From a virus (taxonomy: Duplodnaviria; Caudoviricetes), in the IMG/VR virus record IMGVR_UViG_3300022876_000002: a stretch of DNA of 64,000 bases; one strand, 5' to 3'. Below the pieces are notes generated by a model. That model had not been told where the DNA came from, ran no database searches, and was given only the letters and a program-made list of their open reading frames with translations. Of the stretch, positions 1 to 9,306 are shown one piece after another. Position 1 is the stretch's first letter, and each line of letters starts with the position of its first letter. A program made the position numbers and the translations under genes.

Positions 1-22
1 GAGTGCAGCAGTACGATATTAG

Positions 23-394
23 TTAATTGTTTACTTCGCTAACCAGCCAGTTCCAGATACGGCGTTTGAAATCACCAATACCTTGCGTGCGTGGTTCTTC
101 CAGGACGTCCATCAGCACATCACGAGCATCGCTAACACTGACGCAATGGTGCTCGGACGTTACAGTCCCGCGATACATACCAGTGAACAAGTAGAAGCGG
201 CTGGCTTTACCATCGGACATCATGATCAGCATACCCACGTCTTTGATACGCTGAGCTACGTAGAAGGTGATGCTACCCAAACCAGGACGTACAGAAACAA
301 CACCACCCTTACGCGAGATCACTGGGGTGCCGCTATCCTTGTTAATGAACATGGTGCGACCGTTAGCGATCTTTGGGTTTACTACGTTAATCAT
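23..394 (-). CDS. hypothetical protein
   Basis: ORF 23..451; internal ATG at 394 (MINVV) lies after the hairpin at 424-441 and has a purine-rich RBS. Confidence 0.7.
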   Translation of the reverse strand: MINVVNPKIANGRTMFINKDSGTPVISRKGGVVSVRPGLGSITFYVAQRIKDVGMLIMMSDGKASRFYLFTGMYRGTVTSEHHCVSVSDARDVLMDVLEEPRTQGIGDFKRRIWNWLVSEVNN

Positions 395-423
395 TAGGAT
401 CCTTTCCTTTATTAGTTTTGAAA

Positions 424-441
424 GGGGAGTATTACCTCCCC
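424..441 (-). terminator. terminator-like hairpin GGGGAG/CTCCCC
   Basis: 6-bp GC-rich stem just after the stop of 452..1273, followed by TTT on the minus strand. Confidence 0.6.
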
Positions 442-451
442 CGTTGCGCAA

Positions 452-1273
452 TTAGTAGCCCAAGCCACTATTAGGCGCCAACGAACCAGCGCCGACTACG
501 TTGAACTCTTTTGGAGCCGCTACCGGTGCCTTACGCTCCCAGTTATGCGGGGCCAGGTACTGGAAGATCGGATTGTCGTCCGACAGTTCGAACGAAGAGA
601 GTTGAACACGTTCTTCGTTGTCGCGGTCGAAACCTTCCACTTCGTGGATCCAGCCTTCGCTGTCCATGTGCAGGACAACTTCTTCGCCGTTGTGGTCCGT
701 AACTGTTACGTGGATCAGATCAGCAGTCTCGATACGGAACTGGCCATCGACGCCGATGTGTAACACTACTTCTTCCCACTCAGCGGTAACACGATTGAAC
801 CCAACCCACTTGCCGGCTTCGTCGCGCTTGAACTTTACTGGTTCGCCGCGAAGTTCTTCGAAGGTCACTACTTCGTTCTCGTCGAGGGCGAGGTAGTTGC
901 TACCTACCTGGTCAGCGGATTTAACCTTGAGCTCGAAACCAGCCGGGTAACTTTCTTTGAGCGAGTCCAGGTGTTCAGCCAGAGTCCGTACCGCTGCACG
1001 TGGGTGGTCCTTGCTGAGTACGAAGCTCCCGTCGTTAGTGAGCCACATTACGGGGTTGTCGGCAGTCTGGAACAGGTTACTGCCACCCATAGGTGTCATC
1101 GCGCGGATGCCTGGGTGAGCCTTCGTCTGAGAACTGATCAGGGTGGCCAGGTTGTTTACACCGCCAGAACGAAGGAACCCACGCGGCACGGTCAATGGGT
1201 TACCGTTGTATTCCACCAGGTCGACGTTGGTAATATTGAAACGTGTTGCGTGTACGGTCAGATTGACAATCAT
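452..1273 (-). CDS. hypothetical acidic protein with internal repeat (EEVVLHxxxxG twice)
   Basis: 273-aa ORF, RBS (GAGGA) upstream. Confidence 0.8.
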   Translation of the reverse strand: MIVNLTVHATRFNITNVDLVEYNGNPLTVPRGFLRSGGVNNLATLISSQTKAHPGIRAMTPMGGSNLFQTADNPVMWLTNDGSFVLSKDHPRAAVRTLAEHLDSLKESYPAGFELKVKSADQVGSNYLALDENEVVTFEELRGEPVKFKRDEAGKWVGFNRVTAEWEEVVLHIGVDGQFRIETADLIHVTVTDHNGEEVVLHMDSEGWIHEVEGFDRDNEERVQLSSFELSDDNPIFQYLAPHNWERKAPVAAPKEFNVVGAGSLAPNSGLGY

Positions 1274-1292
1274 GATATTTCCTCGTTTACAA

Positions 1293-2849
1293 TTAGTGAC
1301 AGAATTCGTTGTAGTTTACCAGCGTGGTACGGTCGTTGTTACCTACGAACCAGTACTGATCGGATGGCTTGAGAATGGCGGTACCATAGTCACCTTTTAC
1401 GTAGGTAAGACGCCATGGCTTGGCCTTCTCGTCATCACGACCCAGGATAGTCAGATCGCTACCTGGGAGTTTGACTTCAGTACGCTCGGTGGTGATGTCG
1501 TTGTCACTACCGAAACGGTACCCTAACAGCGATTTGTACTTGTAGGTACGGAACCGCTTGCCTTCCAGCTCAACGTCACCGAAAGGTGCCTTGCAGTTGG
1601 TCACCGCAGTGTAGTTGCTGACTACCGTGTGCGTCACGACGTAGTTGTAGCCTACGACACCAACCGCTACCAGCAGTGCGATGACGGCCAGCAACAAAGA
1701 CCAGTTACGGACTTTACGCTTGGCGTTATCACGCTGGACCTTTTCCAGTTTTGCCAACGCCATGATCGCAGGATCACGCAGCGCCTCGCTCGCCGTGAGA
1801 TCACGTTGTTCGATGGTTTCACGCAAAGAACGAATAACAGTGTTCACACCGGTTTCCTGGTGTTTGTTCAACGCACCATAGACCGCCAACTGGCGATCGT
1901 TCTCGTGACTACCAGGCTCTCCAGGGTACGAGAGTCGTTGAGTCAAGAAGTTGGTAAAACTACGACGTTGGCGTTCCTCAGTCACTGGTTCTACATGAGC
2001 AGGTTTGTGTCCTGGAGCGGACGTTTGCATGATTTCGTACACCCCACGGTAGATAATGGAAGCCCACGCACGTTTCTCTGCGGCACCCATGTCTGGTTTA
2101 CCAACCGCCGGGAGGTCCAGTACGAAGTACCCATCACCACGGTGTTCCATGTTCGGGAAAGCTTGTTGGACTTTCTCAATCTGAGCGATAGTAGCACCAC
2201 CCATACGGAACTCCATGGTGTTATCCGGTGCATCGGCACTGTAGGTAACCTGGCCTTCTTCCGGCTTGCTAGCTTTAACCGGAGGCATGGGAACGGGATT
2301 CTCCAGATTAGGCAGCCCCAGTGCTACGCTGGACCAACCAAGCGACTGCCATTCGTCCGAACCCAGGTAAGTAAACTTATCGCTATGGATGAGTGCCTGC
2401 TCACCGACAGCTTTTGGGTGCCCCGAAGAAAAGACAGGGGAGAGCGTGATCGTGGCTACTTCGTTACGACAGTATTCGGCCCAACCCTTGTCGGTAAGCA
2501 GGTACGCTACCGTATGGGAATATACCTCGCCCACCTTGAGGTAAGTAACCATCTGACCAATAGGTGCGTCATCAGGCAACTTGAATACCGAAGGGGTGGG
2601 TATTTTAGGAGCATCAACACTGGTCATCGTTTTGACCTGGCTTGCTACGTAATTGACTTCATGCGGGTGGACTGGATCACGGCAGATCCACCACAGGCAG
2701 TCGCTATGGAGTTTGTAAAGTGTACGACCCATGTCCAGGGTGTCGCCTACATGTACTTCAGCCAGTCTAACTGAATCCTGGAACAATATCTTGCAAGGCT
2801 CGTTGTTGATTACCGCCTCTACGTTGTTTTCTTTAGCCTTTGCCATCAT
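1293..2849 (-). CDS. hypothetical membrane-anchored protein (single TM near C-terminus)
   Basis: 518 aa; hydrophobic WSLLLAVIALLVAVGVVGY segment followed by a ~110-aa domain. Confidence 0.8.
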   Translation of the reverse strand: MMAKAKENNVEAVINNEPCKILFQDSVRLAEVHVGDTLDMGRTLYKLHSDCLWWICRDPVHPHEVNYVASQVKTMTSVDAPKIPTPSVFKLPDDAPIGQMVTYLKVGEVYSHTVAYLLTDKGWAEYCRNEVATITLSPVFSSGHPKAVGEQALIHSDKFTYLGSDEWQSLGWSSVALGLPNLENPVPMPPVKASKPEEGQVTYSADAPDNTMEFRMGGATIAQIEKVQQAFPNMEHRGDGYFVLDLPAVGKPDMGAAEKRAWASIIYRGVYEIMQTSAPGHKPAHVEPVTEERQRRSFTNFLTQRLSYPGEPGSHENDRQLAVYGALNKHQETGVNTVIRSLRETIEQRDLTASEALRDPAIMALAKLEKVQRDNAKRKVRNWSLLLAVIALLVAVGVVGYNYVVTHTVVSNYTAVTNCKAPFGDVELEGKRFRTYKYKSLLGYRFGSDNDITTERTEVKLPGSDLTILGRDDEKAKPWRLTYVKGDYGTAILKPSDQYWFVGNNDRTTLVNYNEFCH

Positions 2850-2877
2850 TTACTCCATTACCGAATTAATAGTTATT

Positions 2878-2906
2878 ACCTACCTTACCCAATGGGTAAG
2901 GTAGGT
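2878..2906. terminator. palindrome with 14-bp arms, centre CCCAATGGG
   Basis: acctaccttaccca-a-tgggtaaggtaggt, intergenic. Confidence 0.7.
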
Positions 2907-2909
2907 TAC

Positions 2910-3470
2910 TCACGACAACAACCGTTTACGCTTAAACGGGATGCTAATGCGACGCTCAGCTACAGACTCGTCACGGAAATACATTACAGCAGTGGAGGTA
3001 CTGGATGCCCAGTCCTCGTTGATGAAAAGACTGTACATCTTACCATCTACCGGGATTACCAACCGTTTGCGTATGGTACTGCAAAGGTAGTGGAAAATCC
3101 GCAGGTAACCGTACTCGAAGAACTCGGAGATCAGTGCGTATTGCACGGGACCGACCTGACACCCGTAGTACTCGGAGATGTTATCTGTTCTAGCGCGCAG
3201 CTGGCACATCGTTACCAAACGCTCGTCTACGTCCTCGTTGTTCAAGAACTTAAACGATGGGATAGATGGATCATTGATCAGTTCGATCATGCAGTCCACC
3301 CCAAACAAAAACTCACGTATCAAATACTTCGAATCTTTACCAAAAGTGTCCACCAATTCCTGGGTGAATTCAGGTCCAAAAACTGTATGGTAGTAATGCT
3401 CGGTGAGATTACCCAATTTGACAACACGGTTGGCGTGGTTATGCACTTTATGCACCTTGCTCATGGCCAA
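2910..3470 (-). CDS. hypothetical protein, paralog of 3531..4091
   Basis: 186 aa; shared VGP..I.EF.E..Y...L.I..DG..Y pattern. Confidence 0.8.
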   Translation of the reverse strand: MAMSKVHKVHNHANRVVKLGNLTEHYYHTVFGPEFTQELVDTFGKDSKYLIREFLFGVDCMIELINDPSIPSFKFLNNEDVDERLVTMCQLRARTDNISEYYGCQVGPVQYALISEFFEYGYLRIFHYLCSTIRKRLVIPVDGKMYSLFINEDWASSTSTAVMYFRDESVAERRISIPFKRKRLLS

Positions 3471-3492
3471 GTACCTTAAATTTAGTTTTACC

Positions 3493-3511
3493 TATCCTCC
3501 TAGTAATGTAG
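3493..3511 (-). promoter_or_regulatory. early promoter-like motif CTACATTACT
   Basis: one of 7 copies, ~30 nt upstream of the 3470 start; lacks the GTGTAT part. Confidence 0.6.
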
Positions 3512-3530
3512 TCTTGTACTGCGCTAGGAA

Positions 3531-4091
3531 TTAACCGAACGCAAGGTTAGCCAAACGAGGGGCAGACGGCGACAGACTTTTACTGAGTCTAGTCAAGAAG
3601 AACGGTAACTTAAGTACCTTCTTTTCCCCTACGTTGGTGTACTCCAAGACTCCATAAAGAGCATGAGGTGTTTTGACTTCCAGACGGACAATATACTTCT
3701 GTCCATCCAACGTAATTTCCAACTTGTTATTAGTGGTGGCCCGCATTACACGGAACAACACGTTCACGTAGTCCCGTTCCAGGAATTCTGCAATCGCATC
3801 CCAAGTACCAGGTCCTACCGTTTTGATCTTCCAGGTAGTGTCCTTACTGTGTAACCGGTAGTCATTAAAAGCACGATTAACTTGACTACGCAGGCGATAG
3901 GTATCGTGGGTTTCCAGGATACGGTTTGACTTAAAGTGGGTAGTACAGGTGATCTCGTCCAGTTGATCCAGTGCGTACATGAATTCCGGAAGGTCAGCCA
4001 TTGCAAGCTTGCGTTCTACGTCCCACAGTGAGCTTATCTCTTTATTGAGACAACTCAAGTGTCGCTGCAGACGATCATGCATCATTTCCAT
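3531..4091 (-). CDS. hypothetical protein, paralog of 2910..3470
   Basis: 186 aa ORF. Confidence 0.8.
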   Translation of the reverse strand: MEMMHDRLQRHLSCLNKEISSLWDVERKLAMADLPEFMYALDQLDEITCTTHFKSNRILETHDTYRLRSQVNRAFNDYRLHSKDTTWKIKTVGPGTWDAIAEFLERDYVNVLFRVMRATTNNKLEITLDGQKYIVRLEVKTPHALYGVLEYTNVGEKKVLKLPFFLTRLSKSLSPSAPRLANLAFG

Positions 4092-4168
4092 GGTATAAAA
4101 ATCCTTAAAACCGTAAATGGCTAATAAATTAGCTTGGTATGTTATAATTTACTGTTTGCAAACATAAC

Positions 4169-4198
4169 CCCTACCCCAGGCTAATACCTGGGGTAGGG
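4169..4198. terminator. 12-bp hairpin ccctaccccagg/cctggggtaggg
   Basis: intergenic inverted repeat, 6-nt loop. Confidence 0.7.
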
Positions 4199-4206
4199 AC
4201 TAACCG

Positions 4207-4800
4207 TTAAGGCAATGGATCGGGTGCTTTACCCTTCAATTGGCCGTAATCGGTGTCAGGAATGACCAAGATTTCAGCCAGTCCTTTTACCCATTGCAGT
4301 TCACCTGCATAGGTATCACCGTTGAGTACAATAGTAGTACCCTCAGCCGGAACTTCTACGTCGACGATCTCGTACTGGATAGCACTACGGAACACCGACT
4401 CTACCGTGGTAGCAATGTCTGCATCGGCCGTGGCTTCTGCAATAACCACTACCACTTTGATTTCTTCACCATCGATGTAGGAATACAAGCCTACTTCGGT
4501 TTGCTCCTGGGCTTCTTCCAAGCTAGCCAAGGGGGTGTCGTTTTGCAGGGTGTACAGATCCAGGTCAGTCGCTGCCGGGGCAGGAGTCCAGATCTGGTTG
4601 AGTCCTTTGAAACGTCGTTTGGCGGACACCACCATCGAACTACGACGAGTACCATCCACGATCTCGATGATCTGGCTGATAGCCACATCAGGGAACGTCA
4701 GACCAGTGAACAGTGCCAGAAACTTAGGATCGTCTTTGTAGCGCTCCAGGTTGTACTCCAGGAAGCGTTCAAAGAACAGTTCCAAATGCGCTTTAGCCAT
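4207..4800 (-). CDS. hypothetical acidic protein
   Basis: ORF 4207..4845; probable start MAKAH at 4800. Confidence 0.75.
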   Translation of the reverse strand: MAKAHLELFFERFLEYNLERYKDDPKFLALFTGLTFPDVAISQIIEIVDGTRRSSMVVSAKRRFKGLNQIWTPAPAATDLDLYTLQNDTPLASLEEAQEQTEVGLYSYIDGEEIKVVVVIAEATADADIATTVESVFRSAIQYEIVDVEVPAEGTTIVLNGDTYAGELQWVKGLAEILVIPDTDYGQLKGKAPDPLP

Positions 4801-4852
4801 GTCGGTACCTAAAGGGTTACACTCCAGCGGAAAGCCGGAGAACATAAAATCC

Positions 4853-5056
4853 TTAATAGGCTACAAAATGCAAAGCAATAGATATTAACGTACTAGCCGC
4901 CGCACGGGATCCCGAGCGTAAGCCAGTGAACAATGTCATAGCAGTCCACACCATTACGTAGAACAACAGCCAGGGGGTCTGGAGGATAATAGCCATCATT
5001 ACCCACAGACTAAACCAGAATTTCTCTTCCCACAGCCTACGCATACCTAAAGTCAT
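4853..5056 (-). CDS. small hydrophobic (membrane) protein
   Basis: 67 aa, Trp/Phe-rich hydrophobic stretch. Confidence 0.55.
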   Translation of the reverse strand: MTLGMRRLWEEKFWFSLWVMMAIILQTPWLLFYVMVWTAMTLFTGLRSGSRAAASTLISIALHFVAY

Positions 5057-5070
5057 TACCGGTCCTCGAA

Positions 5071-5089
5071 GGGGGTGTTAGACACCCCC
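5071..5089 (-). terminator. hairpin gggggtgt-tag-acaccccc after chaperonin gene
   Basis: 8-bp stem 11 nt past the stop at 5101. Confidence 0.65.
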
Positions 5090-5100
5090 AGTTACTGTTG

Positions 5101-6777
5101 TTAGTTACCCAGGCTTACTGCATCGAGTTTGTTCGACACCATGATCGAACGCAGGTTAGCCAACATCTTCGCTGCACGAGCACCACCACGCAGAGCAGTG
5201 ATAGAAGCAAACGCCGTGTCGTAGATACCGAGGGTGACCGGATCGCCAATACGACCGTTAGCCAGGTTAAGCACCACGCCAGGAGCAAAGTCCTCGCGGT
5301 TAACACCTTCCATCAGGATCTCGTTCTGCTTGTGGGAGATTTCGATAACACCACCGAGGATCTCTTTCCAGGTGCTTGGGAACCCGCCGTCTTCTGGATC
5401 GGAGACTTCCTCTGTCAGGAGTTGAGGCAGTTTGTCCGCGGTAGCGATCAGAGTAGTACCTACCCCTGGAACGATACCGTTGGTCAGTGCCGAACGCACA
5501 GCTTTCACCACGTCTTCGAAGCGGTCCTTACGCTCGATGATATCCGACTCGGTTTCACCACCTACCCAGATGCTGACCAGTTTACCGGTCATCTGACGGA
5601 TACGACGCTCGTCAAAACGAGCCCGGGTATTGTAGCGGTTCTTGCCGTCGTAGGTACCCAGGACTTCCTGGACTTCTTTGACACGCTCAGCAATACGTAC
5701 CTTGGATTCGTCGCTAGGAGTCAGCAGGGAACGAGCCTGACTGATAACGAACTTGTCAGTACGTACACTGAGCTCGGCAGTCAGCGCCTGCTCTACAGTA
5801 GCCACCATAGGGCAACCCAGCATGATCGCCAAGTCTTGCAGCATGTAGCTACCGATAGAACCGCCAGCACCGTTTACACGGCAAGCCACGAACTGCAACA
5901 TCGGCTCAGTGTTGGACTGTTGTGCTTTCTGGCGCATGCCACTGTTGAACTGCAGCATGATGTTGTCCAGGGTGGACTCAAACGCGCGTGCAATCAGAAT
6001 GACTTGTACCGGTTTACCGTTCGCCCCACCGCCGTACTGTTTGGTCAGTTCAGTCAACAGGTTAGCCAGCTTCTGCATGTCTGGTTCACGGAACGCCATG
6101 TCCAGTACCAGCGGGACGTAGTGGGTGTACTCGCCCTGCTGGCGACCGCCAGGAGCATACTGGTGGTTGCTGTACACAGCGCCGGTGGTCAGACCGTCGG
6201 TACGCAGCACCTTGTCCTCGGCTTCTACACCTTGGATCAGTTCGATCACCGGGAAACTGGTTGGGTCTTCGCGGTACAGATCGGTGATCAGGTGCGCCAG
6301 CGCTGTGTCGTGGTTGGCCGAGGTCAGGGCCAGGTCGTACAGACGCGGGTCAAGCGTGTCGATGTGAATGGTGGCTTCCTGGAGTTCGTTGATCCACAGA
6401 GCCACCAGACGGTCGAGGAACGCTTGCTCGTGATAGCTGTCGAATTCACGATACAGCTTGTAGAACTCCGCCAGCATCAGCATGGTGGTAGTGGTACCGT
6501 CACCGCACTCTTCGTCAGTCTTGAGCGGAGCCTCGGTGACGATACGGTTTACCACCTCATAACGTGGGTCGTTGAATTTGATAGACCGCGCCACGGTAAC
6601 ACCGTCTTTGGTAACCTTAACGCGAGTACCCAGAGTGATCGCACCGTACTTGCCGTTAGGGCCCATGGTACCAACCACGGCTTTGTATACACGGTCAACT
6701 ACGTTGTCTACGATCTCGCCAGTCTTTTCGATGGTCAAGTAATCAACAATACCGGTGTTGCGATCAAAACCTTGCAT
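5101..6777 (-). CDS. groEL: phage GroEL-like chaperonin (phage EL gp146 type)
   Basis: 558 aa; TMGPNG, TKDGVTVARSI, GDGTTT ATP-binding motif, VGGETE..ERKDRFEDVVKAVRSAL, GIVPG, IYDTA; no GGM tail. Confidence 0.95.
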   Translation of the reverse strand: MQGFDRNTGIVDYLTIEKTGEIVDNVVDRVYKAVVGTMGPNGKYGAITLGTRVKVTKDGVTVARSIKFNDPRYEVVNRIVTEAPLKTDEECGDGTTTTMLMLAEFYKLYREFDSYHEQAFLDRLVALWINELQEATIHIDTLDPRLYDLALTSANHDTALAHLITDLYREDPTSFPVIELIQGVEAEDKVLRTDGLTTGAVYSNHQYAPGGRQQGEYTHYVPLVLDMAFREPDMQKLANLLTELTKQYGGGANGKPVQVILIARAFESTLDNIMLQFNSGMRQKAQQSNTEPMLQFVACRVNGAGGSIGSYMLQDLAIMLGCPMVATVEQALTAELSVRTDKFVISQARSLLTPSDESKVRIAERVKEVQEVLGTYDGKNRYNTRARFDERRIRQMTGKLVSIWVGGETESDIIERKDRFEDVVKAVRSALTNGIVPGVGTTLIATADKLPQLLTEEVSDPEDGGFPSTWKEILGGVIEISHKQNEILMEGVNREDFAPGVVLNLANGRIGDPVTLGIYDTAFASITALRGGARAAKMLANLRSIMVSNKLDAVSLGN

Positions 6778-6813
6778 ACGTTACTCCAATTAAAAGAATA
6801 CTTAAGTGTGGTT

Positions 6814-6832
6814 ACACACTGTAGTAATATAG
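6814..6832 (-). promoter_or_regulatory. early promoter-like motif CTATATTACT-ACAGTGTGT
   Basis: 45 nt upstream of the groEL start; matches the 7-copy consensus. Confidence 0.7.
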
Positions 6833-6839
6833 GTCTCAG

Positions 6840-7478
6840 TTATTTCTCAGGTGAATCAAAGACCTCACGCTCGAAGAACTTACGGAGCTGTTTAATAGCA
6901 GCTACTGCGCGACTAGCGCCCTTAGCCAGCTCTTCGATTTGCTTGATGATTTTCTGACTGTAACCATCTTTGGCACTGACACTCTTGTATGGGATGTACA
7001 CCCAGATAACAATAGTGTTGTGGCAGTCACCAATGGACACCGTTCCAGTACCGTCAGCAGCCAGGCTATAAGACACCATGCCGGTAAAACGACTGTCTGG
7101 TGGATTCAGCCAGTGCTTAATGGAAAGCGGCATCCGGTTCTCTTCTTTGGCCCACTCTTTATAGTTCTTGATGAACTCCTTGAGTGTGTCATGGAGCAAC
7201 TGGAGTTTAGCTTCCTGGTTTACCAGACCGACATCGTCGTCCATGTTGTGTAGGTGGACACGTTTACCATCCACACCGATGTTCAGGTGACCAGCCCAAC
7301 CGTACATGTAGTGTTCGATACCACCTTTCTTCTTGGGCTTGGTACCATCGAGCATGCAGTTGGCAGTAAACACGTAGTCCCAGTAGCAGGTGGACAACGG
7401 ATTAGGGTTAGTGACGAATTCACGTCCCAGCACAGTCAGAGTGTCAAAGCACACTGTACCTTTATCGTAACCTTTCAT
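6840..7478 (-). CDS. hypothetical protein
   Basis: 212 aa ORF with GGAG RBS. Confidence 0.8.
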   Translation of the reverse strand: MKGYDKGTVCFDTLTVLGREFVTNPNPLSTCYWDYVFTANCMLDGTKPKKKGGIEHYMYGWAGHLNIGVDGKRVHLHNMDDDVGLVNQEAKLQLLHDTLKEFIKNYKEWAKEENRMPLSIKHWLNPPDSRFTGMVSYSLAADGTGTVSIGDCHNTIVIWVYIPYKSVSAKDGYSQKIIKQIEELAKGASRAVAAIKQLRKFFEREVFDSPEK

Positions 7479-7511
7479 GATTAACTCCTAAAAACTAAAT
7501 ATAAGTTAAAG

Positions 7512-7541
7512 CTAACCCCTACCTGTAAGGGTAGGGGTTAG
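7512..7541. terminator. 12-bp hairpin ctaacccctacc/ggtaggggttag
   Basis: intergenic inverted repeat. Confidence 0.7.
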
Positions 7542-7556
7542 TTACCGTACCTAGCT

Positions 7557-7940
7557 CTAACTTTCCTTACCCAAAGCGGCTTCACGCAAAGAGTTGTACA
7601 AGGCAGCCAGAGCTTCGCACAACATTTCTTGAGTGTGATGGATTTTCACCACACGGTCTTTCTCGTGGTAGAAAAACGTGACCTCGTCACCACCACTACT
7701 GATAATCGCCACCGGGTTACGACTTTCTACAAAATCGTAGAAGTAGATGTCGTAATGATGACCGTTTTCTTTCTCGTAGGGGGCCACAATAGTGAGGCCG
7801 TGTTCTGCGCCACCGATAACCGTTTGGTGGACAAAGAACTTGTGAGTGAGGCCAAACAAACGGTTACGCAAACCAAACAGCGGAGTTTTGGTCTTTTCCG
7901 TGTAAGGTTTGAGATTAAGCAGATCAATAGGCATACTCAT
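7557..7940 (-). CDS. hypothetical protein
   Basis: 127 aa; ATGA-type coupling to the upstream gene. Confidence 0.75.
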   Translation of the reverse strand: MSMPIDLLNLKPYTEKTKTPLFGLRNRLFGLTHKFFVHQTVIGGAEHGLTIVAPYEKENGHHYDIYFYDFVESRNPVAIISSGGDEVTFFYHEKDRVVKIHHTQEMLCEALAALYNSLREAALGKES

Positions 7941-8206
7941 ACCTTGGCCATGAGATAGTAAACAGTACCACGCTTGACAAACGACAACTGTTTGGGCTTG
8001 ATATCCGACACACCCATCGCCACCACTACTTCGATCTTGCGACCGAGGTTAAACGCGTTGTGCACTTTACCCAGCACGTCATCGGTAGACAGGTCTACAT
8101 CCTGCGGGGTGTTCTTGATAATCCGGACTTCACCAGAGCGGATCTGTTGGTACAGGTCGTTCCATTCCGGCTTGGCCAGCTTCTGTTGTACTTTGATGTT
8201 AGCCAC
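7937..8206 (-). CDS. hypothetical protein
   Basis: 89 aa, AAGGAG RBS. Confidence 0.75.
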   Translation of the reverse strand: MANIKVQQKLAKPEWNDLYQQIRSGEVRIIKNTPQDVDLSTDDVLGKVHNAFNLGRKIEVVVAMGVSDIKPKQLSFVKRGTVYYLMAKV

Positions 8207-8215
8207 TTTGGCTCC

Positions 8216-8608
8216 TTAAGCTACCAGTTCTTCAATATACGCAATGAGTTTCTCCAGGGCGTAAACCTGGAACGGCACACAACGATCCATGTTTACTGGA
8301 GCGCCCTGGTTACCGTAAGCGCAGTACACCTGCACCGATTGCAGGGACGAGTAGTAGATGATTATCCGCACACCTTGGTACTCGTGCTCGTTCAGATCAA
8401 CCCACAGGTCGATAAACGAGTTACCCATGCAGTGCACCGCCCGTGCGTGTGCTGGTTTACCGAACACCGTACCGGTGCTAGTCACCTGGGTATTGAAATC
8501 CAGGGTGTAATAACGGTCACGGTCTTTAGCGTTTGCTACCCAGCGCAGGAAGATATCTTGTTCAGCACTGGTTGGAACTGGATCTTTGGATTCAGTCTGC
8601 ATTACCAA
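8216..8608 (-). CDS. hypothetical protein
   Basis: 130 aa in an operon-like run. Confidence 0.75.
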   Translation of the reverse strand: MVMQTESKDPVPTSAEQDIFLRWVANAKDRDRYYTLDFNTQVTSTGTVFGKPAHARAVHCMGNSFIDLWVDLNEHEYQGVRIIIYYSSLQSVQVYCAYGNQGAPVNMDRCVPFQVYALEKLIAYIEELVA

Positions 8609-8612
8609 CCCC

Positions 8613-8828
8613 TTAATAAATGATGTCGTAGAAATTATCTACGTTAGTGACAACACACAGGACGCCCAAGAAACCAAACGTAGCTTTAACAATGAAGTCA
8701 TCCCACTTGAAAAAGCGACGCAATGTAGCAGGGTCGTATTTGTACCCGATGTAACGAGTCAACGGGATACGGCACAACAGCAGGTACATGTACAGCAAAC
8801 CGATCACAACCAATAAAAGGTAGTTCAT
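8613..8828 (-). CDS. small two-TM membrane protein
   Basis: 71 aa, two hydrophobic segments. Confidence 0.7.
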   Translation of the reverse strand: MNYLLLVVIGLLYMYLLLCRIPLTRYIGYKYDPATLRRFFKWDDFIVKATFGFLGVLCVVTNVDNFYDIIY

Positions 8829-8950
8829 TACAGACCCCAGTTGTGATAGGTGTGTTTAGGACGACGGTAGCTGAATTGTGCGAACGTGATATCAGGATAC
8901 CGCGGTCCTGCTAACACTAATGCGCCAACAATGCCAATTGCTAAGCGCAT
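8828..8950 (-). CDS. small hypothetical protein (40 aa)
   Basis: MRLAIG start right after the 8952 stop; fills the gap. Confidence 0.5.
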   Translation of the reverse strand: MRLAIGIVGALVLAGPRYPDITFAQFSYRRPKHTYHNWGL

Positions 8951-8951
8951 G

Positions 8952-9296
8952 TTAACCCCGCGACGCGTCGAGCAAACGAGCTTGGATGAACATCGACAAC
9001 TCACCCAGAGTTTGACCTTCGTCGTGTTTACCGTCTTGCTCGTCGATGACCTCGTCACCCTTGCAGGTGTAGGCGCGGTAGCCTTTGAGCGGGCAGATGT
9101 AGATACGGAACTTCAGGTTACCGATCCAGCCCTCGGCATAGGAGCTACCGACACAGTACTGCACACGGATGCTGCATTCCAGATCGAATGCAAAACCGTT
9201 CAGGGTACGGCCGCCGGTGTACTTTTCGCGCTTGTACCTGTTAGATTCGTCGAACACATAAGCCAGGTAATCGACGAATTTATTTGTTTTGTCCAC
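8952..9296 (-). CDS. hypothetical protein
   Basis: 114 aa. Confidence 0.75.
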   Translation of the reverse strand: MDKTNKFVDYLAYVFDESNRYKREKYTGGRTLNGFAFDLECSIRVQYCVGSSYAEGWIGNLKFRIYICPLKGYRAYTCKGDEVIDEQDGKHDEGQTLGELSMFIQARLLDASRG

Positions 9297-9306
9297 TTAG
9301 GACTCC

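Noticed and set aside
430-435. TATTAC on the plus strand as an early promoter
   Set aside because: It is the loop of a terminator-like hairpin, lacks the rest of the consensus, and has no plus-strand gene downstream.
4853-5056. Small ORF after groEL as GroES
   Set aside because: It is hydrophobic and Trp-rich, with no Cpn10 pattern or mobile loop.
5098-6957. 619-aa plus-strand ORF
   Set aside because: It is an antisense shadow of groEL, with no RBS or recognisable motifs. Such shadows arise from codon bias.
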